From: Bugula neritina
Lineage: Eukaryota > Animalia > Bryozoa
DNA: 64,000 nt
Assembly (NCBI GenBank): GCA_964035545.1
Contig: OZ037765.1
Coordinates: 24,179,504 to 24,243,503 of the forward strand
Direction of reading: 5' to 3'
Below the pieces are notes generated by a model. The model ran no database searches and was not told where the DNA came from. It saw only the letters and a program-made list of their open reading frames with translations. Both the position numbers and the translations under genes were made by a program. Positions 23,724 to 35,800 of the stretch are shown here, piece after piece (positions within the stretch are counted from its first letter, which is position 1; every line of letters begins with the position of its first letter).

Positions 23724-26700
23724 ATGCCAACAAACAAAGATATTGCTGCTGAGCGAGCAAACTCAACTATCAGCGCCAAAGACTTGACATTTACATTGTA
23801 TGGTAAAGATGGGACATATAGAAGAAAATTGGCTTGTATGTTCATTTCATTCGGATTTCTGAATTACTGTATGATATAGTATTAACGGGCACAATACATA
23901 TGGCTGTAGAGTTTACTGACAAATATAAGTACTCTTTTTCCAAAGCAAATGTAGTTATGTTATTTGGAAAATATATTACGGTTTTTTTGTTACTAAGCAT
24001 GGTTTTACCCTCTAATAGTTTTTTTTAGTTGAGAGAGCCGATAAGAATCAGGCTTTTGCAAAGTCTAAAAAGTTTTTACTGATGGATCGTGATGAGTTGT
24101 ATGATGAAGCCATACGTATGGAGACGGTTGTCACTCAATGTTTGCAGGAATATGGGTATAATAATTCCAAAGATATGCAAACATTTCTTGACCGAGGGCA
24201 CTTTTTAAGGTATAATAAATAATTATTGCGCTATATCTGTTGTAATTTAATAAAACATATGTTTGAAATATCTAATTTTACAGTTGAGTTTGCTGTTCAT
24301 ATCATTTTCATATGTGCAAAAATTGTCTAGTACAAGGATGCAAAAATAATTTTAATTTTATGTTTTATGCTTTATTAAATTTTGTTTTTTTTTATAGCGC
24401 AGTTTTTCTTGGTGTTCACCCATTTGCTATTCATTTTGGTGCATTTATACCGAGTATTCTGGGCCAAGGCACGCCTGAGCAGATCCAGAAGTTTCTCCCT
24501 GAAGCTGAGTGCATGGAGTACATTGGTACATATTGTCAGACGGAACTTAGTCATGGTGTGTGTACAATCCTATCTCTTGTATAAAACTGAATTATGTAAC
24601 GCTAGACTTAGGATCTTAAATATTACAAACTGGCAAGTATTAAAAGTTGTTCCTTCGTGGTCTCAATATTGCCAAACATATTCTCCAGGCTCATTTGTAA
24701 GAGGTTTGGAGACTACAGCTACCTATGATAAGAGTACTGAAGAATTTATTCTACACACTCCTAACCTTTCTGCCATCAAGTTTTGGCCTGGTGGGCGTAA
24801 GTATAGTTTCTTTTTCATAAAAATATTACATAATTTCTTGTATTTTGTCTGTTGAACTGACAAAAACCCAGAGCAGTTTTTATTACACTTGATTTCAACC
24901 AAAATGAATATTTTTTGCTGCAGCTTTTTTCTATTAAACTACTTTACTCAAACTCAGGATTGTGTGCTTCTCAAGTCAACACAGTTCATTCATTTATTCA
25001 ACCTAAAATCTAAATTTAGTAAATCTAGAGAATCTTTAAATAATTTTGCTCAATCTAAAAGTTTCAAATTTTTAAAAACACAAAGAAAACATTTCTTAAA
25101 CTTTATTCTCTAAAATTGATGCTCTCTTTGATGGGGCAACTTATTCTTAATTTATAAAGTTAAAAATTACTGTTGAAAAATATTTGCACTATCAAAAAAA
25201 GGTTGTCTAATTAATAATATGAAGTAATTTTTTTTTTCCTAAAATATAAAGAGTTGAAATAATTTTAAAAGATTAGCTACATCTATTGGGAAATATTTTT
25301 AGCCATGTGTTTATTTTTGAAAAAATGCCCAACTCAACATTTTTTAAAAACAATTGTAAGAAAAAGTTCTTTAATTTACATCAACTCAGTATATGAAAAA
25401 TATAAATAGACTATTTTACCAAGTTTTAACATGAAAGCTAGTGTGACAATGTTTTAGAAACATTTCTTCTTATATTCTTAGTGGGCAGATCTTGCAACTA
25501 TGCAGTCCTTATGGCCCAACTAGTAATAGATGGAAAGAATTATGGAATTCATCCATTTATGTGTCAGTTGAGAGATTTAAACACCCACCAACCACTTCCA
25601 GGTTAGATTGTTTATAGTCTGGACTCTAGTTGAACAGTTTGTATATTGTTATAGTGTGTTTTTAAATGCCATTTTTTTGTATTTTAAATGTTATGTTTGA
25701 CCATCATTTATCTTTTTTATGAAACATTTTGCTGGGTCACTTATGTAACTTACTGATTTTAGTATGTATGCAATTTCTGTTATATTTTAGTATGTATGTA
25801 ATTGTCTGTTGAATGATGTTGTTTAGGTGTAGAGGTGGGTGACATCAACTATAAATTTGGTGGGAATGCACTTGATAATGGCTACCTGATATTGACTCAC
25901 TACCGAATTCCTAGAACTAATTTACTAATGAAGTATGCACAGGTAACTGGCTGATTTAAATTTTTGTTTATTTTACTTACTTTACTCCTGCAGTTTTGAT
26001 TCATTTTTCTGTTTTAAATCATCTGTCAACACAATATACTTATAGCTAGCAGCTATTTATTGTCTTTAAACTGATACTCTATAACACATTTAGGACTTGA
26101 CTTCTACTCTGTTCATGCTGCTAAACTTTCATTGGTTCACCAGGTATCACCAGATGGCTCTTACACTAGACAGGATGTTCCTCCTCAAATAGCTTACCTT
26201 TCCATGACTTTCCTCAGAACTATTCTGGTCACAGCAAGTGCTAGCAGTCTTGCTAAGGCTGCTACTATTGCCACAAGATACAGCGCAGTTCGAAGACAGA
26301 CTGCTAATAGAGATGGGTATGTATCAATGCATCCCTTAGATAAGTCCTACATTCACTTGACTCCTTAGCTATTTTTTGGTGGCAGATTTTATAGGTATGT
26401 TTACTCCTTGCTTATTTACCATCTCATTTATTGCTAAATAATAGCTGAGTGCAGGTGAAGGCAGCTGAGGTGTGTTGCAATCCCCTCATGTTTGTTGATA
26501 GAATTGAACCACAGATATTAGACTACCAGACACAACAGATGAAGCTGTTTCCAGCCATTTGTACTGCATATGCTCTACACTTTTCTGGAGCTGCTTTACA
26601 GTGTGCATACAACGACATACTTGTATCTGTTGGTAACGGGGATATGTCTAGACTAAGTGAAGTATGTGTGATACAAGAACTATTTTAACTGCTAAATTAT

Positions 26701-29485
26701 GTGAGTTTAGTGATAACAACTTGGTGATGGTTCATTACATCGGCTGGTTGTCAACTTTTTTTTGTTGTTGTTGCTAGTACTCAGTTTGTTTGTGCACACA
26801 ATCAAAGAGTGAGAATGGAGAAATAGTAACAAATAGTAAGTTAGTAATTAAAATACTGGAATGATTGTAGTTATTTGCGTTATAATGTTGAATTTAGAAA
26901 AGAAGCTGTGTTGTAGCTGCACTGCCTTACTTCTGGATTGAAAGCTTATTCAGCTGATGTAAGCAGTTATCATATAGAAGTTTGCCGAAGGTCATGTGGA
27001 GGTCATGGCTATAGTCATGCTAGTGGAATTCCTGATATTTATCAACAGAATGTGATAAACTGTACGGTTGAAGGTGAAAGCACAGTTCTTTACCTTCAGG
27101 TGGGAAGGTAAGTGAGTGTACTACTATAGAAGGTAGGTAATTCCTTTTGATAACATCAATGCTTTAATTTATTTGTAAAGATCTCTTGTATTAATCATCA
27201 AATAACATTGATTTGTTTTGCTGAAGTATTTTTATGGGCAGAAAATGCTTGCTGCAAATATGTGATCATCTAAAAAGTATAAATTATACCTCTTTTAAAA
27301 ATTGTTTACAATCCTAAACATAAATATACCATCACCTACAATTTTTTCAACACAACTTCTACCATGTGAATAAACTGTATGCGCTGTACTTGGGTTTATA
27401 GATCCCTTGTGAAGTTTCTTAAGAAGGCTGACTCAGGAGAGAAGCTGCCACCTGCACTGGCATTTCTATCAGAGTCTTCACCTCCAACAGCAAAGTTTAC
27501 ACTGAGAACACAGTCTTCTCTGGACTTTTGTGTTTCAGTGTTCAAGTACAACATTGTCCAGTATGCTAATATTCTTTGTTCTCATTAGCCACCTCTGGCA
27601 AATTTTCTTGTCTATTCACTCATTGATATGTAGTATACTAGGAATTTTCTAGAACTATAATATTCATTGAACCAAACTTATTTTGCTAACATCGATGTTA
27701 TCTAAGTAACCAAACCTCTTCTTATAAGACTTGTGCTAAATATTCGCTTAAAATAGGTTATAGTTTTGTTACATAAGGAGCAGTTGCAGTCTAGTGGTTG
27801 GGTGCTGATCTAGTAAGCCCTTTCAATCAGGGGTTTTTACAGGGATGGTGATTTTAAGCAATCGCATATTTTTTATTGGTTTTTAAATTTATTAGTGAAT
27901 TAGTTTTGTTCCATCATAGATGTGCATAAGAACTCGTGCTCTAGCACTTGCTTAGTAATCTCTATTTTAAATCAATGATGCAGGCTGACTAGAGCTGTGA
28001 CTCATCAGATTGCTCAGTCACTGTCTGCCGACTCAGTGAATCTAGAAGCTGCACTAGCACTTCACTCATTAGAACTAGTGAAAACTGCTCAGGTAGGATA
28101 TGTATATATAGTTTACATTGGGTAGTTGTTTTTAAACGGCTAAAGCATTTAGAGTAGGTGTGTTTTTAATCTGAAATATGAAGTTATTAATGGGGCTTGA
28201 TTATTTATGGTAAGCTCTTGCCTAGCGATGTGGAGTGAAATATTTTTACTAAAACCCAATCATTAACTCTAAAAAGGAAAGCTGAGTAATTTACGATTTT
28301 TACTCACCACACCAACAGTTTCCTAGGTTGTAGTGTGTGTATTCTAAATTTAGTTTTTTTTTCAAGTAAAGAAAAGTACATGGAACCTTTAATGGCATTA
28401 AGAAAATGTAATTGCCTGTAATACCAACTCAGCATTACTGGCCAAAGACTGTCATAAGCTTTCACACCATAATTACAACTTGTCTAAGTATATGTTTTTC
28501 GATGCAGATATTCGATTCATATGCATATATTTGCTTTTTTTAGGCATTTGCTCAATATCTTACAGTAGTTATGTTTGTTGATGGTGTAAAGGGATCAAAA
28601 TTAAATGCAAAGGAGAAGTTGTGTATGCTGCATATGTGCGAGTTCTATGCTATCCACAATATTGTTGAAGAAAGTGGACAGTTTTTAAAAGTGAGTTTGG
28701 TAACATTAAATAACAATAACAAATAGTTGCTGATCTATTACTTCAACTAAATTAACAATTTATGTACAAAACCTGAACTGTTGAAATTTTTAATTTTTAA
28801 ATTGGCTCATTTTGTTTTTAGAATGAAGCATTAAATGCTGAGCAGCTGTCACAGTTGTGTCAGCATCGTACATTCTTGTTGACACAATTAAGACCAAATG
28901 CTGTAGCACTGGTTGATGCATTTGATTATCCAGATCGTCTGCTGAATAGTTGTCTGGGAAGATATGATGGGAATGTATATGAAGCTCTGTATGAGTATGC
29001 AAAGAGTTCTTCACTCAATCAACATCAGGTATAGTTAATATCTTATAGTATAATTATGTAGAGGTTTTATACTCAGTAATAGTAACTAGATGAAGTAGTA
29101 TGAACTATCTACACTCAATCAACATCAGGTATAGTTAATATAACATTATTTAGTTCAAATGTCTTTTGCTTGATCAGCATTATAGGTGCTTAGATTGGTG
29201 CATTTTTGTGTCACTTGTTGGGGGAAATTAAACACACTTTGTGCTATATACATCGAACACTAAAATCTTAACAGGCGGTGACTAGTTGCCCATATATTAG
29301 TATTCTTTGTAATGTACGATTGTTGAAGTTGATTGAATGGTTTGAGTTGAAAGATTGTGTCAGTTTGTAATAATGTTTTGTTGGGAGCAACATAGTTGTG
29401 TAAAGTATAATATTTGTTTCAGGTTCACCCATCTTACCACAAGTACATCAAACCAATGCAGCAGGCACTCAGAGCCAACTTGTGA
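23724..29485 (+). CDS. ACOX1: Peroxisomal acyl-CoA oxidase 1
   Basis: Motifs [99 protein letters not shown], catalytic-region [36 protein letters not shown]. About 14 exons; last exon 29423-29485 ends ...RANL*, a PTS1-like tripeptide. Confidence 0.95.
27777..27865 (+). mobile_element. Internally deleted copy of the tRNA-derived SINE
   Basis: Head ggagcagttgcagtctagtggttg...ctagtaag is joined directly to tail ccctttcaatcaggggtttttacagggatgg; both parts match the copy at 40996. Confidence 0.55.
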
Positions 29486-30750
29486 CTTAATACCATTCCA
29501 AAAATCTTTTGTAGTCAATATTTATAGACTTACCTATAAATATATTTTTAAATCATTTCAATTTTTTAACATTCAAGTTTGTGAAATTTATATTTTTTAC
29601 ATTTGCTGGTATTAAGTTGTTAGTTTAGAGATGTAGTAACATATTCTTGTTCAACAATTTGTCCATGTACTTGAACTAATGTATTTCAGATTTTAGAGTT
29701 GTCTTCTCTATTGTTTCTACTCGAATGGCCTGCAGCAGCATATTTTATTTATGCATACACATCATAAATGTTGGTTTTTTATAATGAATGGTGCTCAATT
29801 TTTTTAGACAAAAAATTCTTATATTTTTTGATTTAGTTATTTTAACCTTCCTCAAAACAATTTCATGAGGGAGTTTTACAAGTCAAAAATTACCTGAAAT
29901 ATCAATATTTCAAAATCCAACAATAAATTTATTGAAGAATCACTATTGCTGAAATTATCATTCTAAAGTTAACTTACAAAAGTGAATGAGAGATTTCAAT
30001 GCTATTGCTAAAATTGAGGAGTGTGATGACGGCATAAAGGAAATGAAATGCAGTCACATTGATTCACTTTTGCAATTAAAGGCGAGTATATATTATAAAG
30101 ATGTATTACATTAGGGTGGAGATTATTACTGTTTGCTGACAGAAACAACACAAATTTAACTTAAGATACCCCAATAATAGGCTTAGTACTAGCATGTTTT
30201 AACTTGTATCAGGATGTTATGCATACCCTACATACTATGTTTTAATTCTCCACTCAGAGTTATCCTCTAAAAAATATAACTCAGTAGCGTAAAGTTATCT
30301 CCCTTCTTAAAAGATTATTTTATTACCTACACTAGTTTAATGACATTCTGCAGCTTCATAGGAACATGTGTTATAGTGATACACTACATGTATATACTAT
30401 ATTTTAATTTGCCCTTTGGTGTAAGGAAGAATCAACCCTATAAAATGCAAGGCTATAGTCAGGGAGTTGTATTCTCTATCGACGTGCTCCGGCACTGAAC
30501 TGAAACTATAACCCTGGAAAGGACATCCGGTTGCTTTATAATGTAACCCCGCGTCCAAAGAGCAGCCATATTGGTGGATTGTTAGTTTCACTTTGAAGTA
30601 AGATTTTCGGGCAGTTTATCACGTGACCTGTTCATTTTTTCACGTCAACTGGAGCCTCTTTTCGAGAAGTATTTTAATTTTAGCCAGTTTGCCGCCATTG
30701 TTAAATTTTCAAATGTCGTGGTTTGTCACTAATAGTAAGCATTACTAACA

Positions 30751-32225
30751 ATGGATACTTCTGAACACACTTATCACGCAGTTTCAAAAAGCCAAAGAAC
30801 ATCAGGATTACAGTGCTTTGCTTATAATTGCTTCAATTACTCAAATTCATCGCGTTGATAGCAAAGAGAGAAACACTTCATTTCACAGGTTGAGGTTAGT
30901 TTGAGTGATACTAATACTTCTACTAATATTATCACTAATAGTAATACTTACACTAATACTAATAGTTATTAGTAATTGTATCCGTATCAATTATTATGGT
31001 AAAGATGATTTATAAATATATGACAATGACTATACTTTTAGTTTGAGTCATAATGATGATCTAAATCTTAATTTATTGTAATTCAAATTGACTAACTTTT
31101 TATAGCCATTACCCATATACTTTTAGTCATTTCAATTTGATGATTTAGCTATAAAACTGAACTACAACTTGAATTAGAGTCTAATTGTAACACTAACGCT
31201 ATATAAGTATATAATAAAATATAGCCAAAGGCTTAAGTTTTGTTGACAAATAAATGATCCAAGGCAAAGTAGATCTTACACAAAATTGTACTAGAAGTTG
31301 GCTAGTATTAGGATTTAGCAAAAGCTTTTTTATAAAAACATTATAATATGCAGCAAAAATTAATAGTTTGTATACTAAATTTACTTAGCTTTAGCTTTAA
31401 GTATTCATATATTTTTATTTTAGATTCTCTAACAAAATGAGAATAAAGGATTTCAGCATGTGTAAGGAATGGTGGCAAGTGTCCAGGGGCTAAGAAGAAC
31501 TATCAGAAACTGCAAAACTGTGCAGTGAACATTTTTATCCTCAGCATATTGACACCACTGGCCAAACTGGAAGGTTGCATGAAGGAGCTGTCTCATTAGC
31601 AGAGTTGGTTTCTATTCTATCTAGACTTTTATTAAGTTCTGAACTATAGTGTAAAATTAGCATTCTTTCAAAGTTGTCCAAAAATTATATTTGTTATGCA
31701 AGTTACTTTTAAAATTCTTTTTAGAAACCAGTTACACCACAGAATACGAATGTGAGTAAAAATTCCAGCAATGAAGATCTACCAGTTTACACAGTTTTAA
31801 CAGCCATAATTAATTAGGTTTAAATACTTGTCAAGTCATTTTTAAGAGAGAATTAGTATTTTCATTTTGTGCAGCATACAGCATAGCAAGTTGAATGTTT
31901 TTGGAGTACACCTGTGTTTTCTAAAAAGATTAAAAGCTTTTGAATTGTTTTACTGGCTTGATAACTTGAAATTATTAGAATGGTATTTTAGGATCATTCT
32001 TACAGTGAAGGGGAAGATTGGTGGATACGATATTTTTGGCATTGAAAAGCATGCTATGGAAACTTCTACTGACATTGAGAACCACCACTCTACGTTACTC
32101 AACCTCATTGTTGAAATATATTAAGATTTTTTTTAACACAATTTGTCTAAAATAAAAAACTTGTTTTACATAAAGTGAGCTGTCAACAGAGAAATAATGA
32201 AAATGTTCTTTTTAAGAGTCAATAG
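30751..32225 (+). pseudogene. Decayed THAP-domain (P-type) transposase remnant
   Basis: Exon 30751-30888 gives CFAYNC then, after a frameshift, SFHR. Exon from 31424 gives F...EWW..(TAA stop)..AKLCSEHF...RLHEGAVS, the THAP C2CH signature with AVP degenerated. About 31990-32225 gives DIFG..ENHHSTLLNLIVEIY*...NVLFKSQ*, resembling P-type transposase C-termini. No room remains for the catalytic core. Confidence 0.8.
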
Positions 32226-32257
32226 ACTTTTTATTTCTAGTTTTTATTTATATTACT

Positions 32258-32516
32258 TATATTATATATCAGGTTTTTAATTGATATCTACTTGCTTTTG
32301 TTGTTTTAAAGTAAAATATTTTTATAACAACTAGCCTCATTTCTCCATTCTATAGCCAACAATTATTACCAGCAGCTAAATTTAAGTAAATGTTATATTA
32401 TATACTAGGTTTTTACTTGATATCAACTTGCTGTTGTTGTTTCAAAAAAGAATATTTTTATAACTACCAGCTTTATTTCTTTATGCTATAGCCAACCCTT
32501 ATTACCAGCAGATAAA
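32258..32516. repeat. Two diverged tandem copies of a roughly 135-bp unit inside the P element
   Basis: aggtttttaattgatatctacttgct...ctatagccaacaattattaccagcag repeated as aggtttttacttgatatcaacttgct...ctatagccaacccttattaccagcag. Confidence 0.8.
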
Positions 32517-32895
32517 AATAGAGTAGATTTTGAAATTATTCACTTGTGTGGTGTGATGCCAAAGGTTTTATAAATACTGCAAAGTATAGTAATTTCCATT
32601 ACTTTTACATTAGAAAGTAAGCGGTGTCCAAAAATAAGAATTCTTCAATATGGCTGAAATATTTGGACGTTTAAAATTTACATTGGCCATTCCAGGGGAT
32701 TATAGTTCAATGTGCTCCGGTTCTATCTGACTATCTAACTTGTGCATACTAAAGAAATTTAGGCTATTAACTCGTGATCACTCTTCACTTTCGCTTAGCT
32801 TTGCGAAAGAAGCAATTGCAAGCGAGCAAAATAGTCACCTGAAATTGAATGAATTCGCTTAACCAAGAGTTTGTGCACTAGTTTATAGCCGTAGA

Positions 32896-35800
32896 ATGTA
32901 TAACTATACCATATACTTAATACTTGGCTCCTTTCTAATAACTTCTTCATTTGAATTGGAGCAGCATGCTGCGAAAAAAGCAAATTTAAATCGAAGTCTG
33001 TGGCCATTGAAAAGCTCAGATTCATTGAAATACTCACTGAAATTTCAATATACTTATAGCACTGCCTACTTCACTCTTCCTGTAAGTATTATTAAGTTTA
33101 CTGCTGACATTGAATTCAATGTCGAATTTTACTCAGTCATGTAAAAAGTTACAATAACAATTGTTATAATTTCCAATGGATTTTAAAGTTAAACTTGAAG
33201 TTAAAGTTAAACACTAACTTAGTAACTCTAACAGTTGGACTTGGCGTTACACTTTTGGTATGTTGTATGAGTATCACATTCACTGCCGTCTATCACTGTA
33301 TCAGTATGACTATGGGTGATACTAGCAGTAGCAGTGTGAGTGTAGCTCGGACACTAACACAGTAACACTAACTGTAAGTGTAACAGCCAACAACTACAAG
33401 GCTTGAGCGAACTTGGTAAATTAATTCTTTTTTATAAATTATATAAACGGTTGGTATTACTAAAATAAAAAGTATAAGTTAATGCTAGTACTTAATCACA
33501 GTAGCCGTAGCTGTCATTGATAAATTCAAATAGTTTGATACTTGAACTTGGGCCAAGTAAAGCACTTGGTTAATTTTCACATTGTTGCACATGACAACTA
33601 ACAACTCTCTGATTATATTGTCTCTTAAGATGCACTGAAAAGTCATTATATTCTACAAACATTAGTATCAACAAAAACAAGCCATTTTTATTTTTTAGTG
33701 GGAGAAGGGGGTGCGAATATGCTATTTTATGTTCACTGTTCTTGGTTTAGAGTTTGGCATACGACTGTTTTATTAGTTTACAGTAATACTAACAATTGTG
33801 TGTTAGCTTTTTGCTGAAGAGCTGATTTCTAAACCTACCTTTAAACCTACAATGACAGTGTTGAAACTATCCACAATCTACAATTTTCAGCCTAATAAGA
33901 AAATAAATTTATTAGGAATAAAATAATATACAACTTTCAAACACAATGCAGCTGCTAAATTACAATTATGACATTTTAATCCACAGGTTGACCACTTTGG
34001 TTTTGCCACTACAGACACATATCAAATGAGGTATTTATACAATATGGACTATTGGGACAAAAATGGCGGACCGATTTTGTTTTATTGTGGAAATGAAGGA
34101 GATATTGAAGACTTTGCCATTAATACGGTAAGCTAGTAATTGTAGAAGAAACTTTATTTAGTGTGATCTTGATAATGGTGAGATGACAGAAAAAGATTTA
34201 AATGGTTATTATATTATATGTATTTACATCTTTAGCTAAAGTTACCACAGCAATTTGTATGTCACTCTGTTGAAAAAATTTTGACTTTTAAACTTGCAGC
34301 ATTCTTTCTAAACACTTAGGCTATATTTACTTTTCAGTAACTTGTGTTGCTATCAATTTTGTAGGGGTTCATGTGGGACATTTCTAAACAGATGAAGGCA
34401 ATGGTGGTGTTTGCTGAGCATAGATATTATGGTAAATCATTACCATATGGAGACAAGTCATTCAAGGTCAAGTGATAAAATGCTAGTTTTTAATAATTGG
34501 TTTAGTTATATGCTGATCAAAAAAACATGCTTTTTATATCAACAATTTTGTATCTAACGTCAGCTGGTTGAAGCTGCTGAATTTCTAACTCTGCTTGTAT
34601 AACCAGTTATAATATAACATTGCATATGCTTTAATACAGGATGCTGCCCACTTGGGTTATTTGACAGCAGAGCAAGCTTTAGCCGACTACGCCGTGTTCT
34701 TGACCTCATTCAAGGCCACTACAGCTGGTGCTGCCAATAGTCCAGTGGTTGCTTTCGGCGGGTCATATGGAGGAATGTTGGCTGCTTGGATGAGGGCAAA
34801 ATATCCTCAAATAATCATTGGGTTTGTTTGGTTTTTCTCTATACATCTCAATAAATGCCATATCAAGACCTTTTTAAAACAATGTATTACTCTCTGTCTA
34901 AGTATAGCATGTGGCAGTGTTGGTTTGACATATTTTATGGTAAACTGGAGTCAGACTCAGCAGAATGATGGTAATGTCGTAACGAGCATTCAATCTAAAT
35001 GTTTCTTGTATCACTTTCAAGTTGTTAACCAGTGTGGTTTAATTATAAAAACAAATTTTGTCAGGATATCAAAGGAACCATAGCCTAAGCAAACTTGAGC
35101 TTTTGTCACAATTAATACATACATGTATATATTTTGCCGTTTTACAGGGCACTGGCAGCTTCTGCCCCTGTGCTGCAGTTTGAAGGAGTCACCCCATGTG
35201 AGGCGTATAATGAGATTGCCACAAAGACATTCGCCAGATATGGCTCTAATTGTGTTGAAAATGTTCGGAAATCGTGGAAAGCTATGACTGACCTCTACAA
35301 TTCTGGCGGTATAACCTGACCTGCTTTATACTCTTCTTACCTGTTTTATCTCTTCTTACCTGCTTCATACTCTTCTTACCTGCTTTATACTCTTATTACC
35401 TGTTTTATCTCTTCTTACCTGCTTCATACTCTTCTTACCTGCTTTATACTCTTCTTACCTGCTTTATACTCTTCTAACCTGCTTTATACTCTTCTTACCT
35501 GCTTTATACTCTTCTAACCTGCTTTATACTCTTCTTACCTGCTTTATACTCTTCTTACCTGCTTTATACTTTTCTTACCTGCTTTATACTCTTCTAACCT
35601 GCTTTACACTCTTCTTACCTGTTTTTTTACTCTTATTGGTGCAGTTTTCCATATGCACATAATTAGCCTCCTATAGTTTTACTTTTTGTGCTTTGGATGT
35701 TGTGAACAAAGCAGGTTTCAAGAGAGTGACAAGTTAGTAAATGTGACCGTATCCTTTCCAATACTTTTATGTCATAACTTTGCTATATGCCACCATGTTG

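Larger units (their letters stand above)
30493..32712 (+). mobile_element. Non-autonomous, internally deleted P-element-superfamily DNA transposon (2220 bp)
   Basis: Exact 8-bp direct repeat TGCTCCGG at 30485-30492 and 32713-32720. TIRs CACTGAACT(GAAACT)ATAACCCTGGAA and reverse-complement CATTGAACTATAATCCCCTGGAA, with subterminal inverted blocks (aatgtaa, cgtccaaa, cagccatattg). Internal THAP remnant and transposase-like C-terminus. Confidence 0.88.

Noticed and set aside
30751-31610. Functional domesticated THAP transcription factor
   Set aside because: Frameshift in exon 1, in-frame TAA in exon 2, degenerate FP and AVP motifs, and still bounded by TIRs and TSD.
35319-35636. CRISPR-like array
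   Set aside because: No unique spacers, eukaryotic intron, no cas genes.
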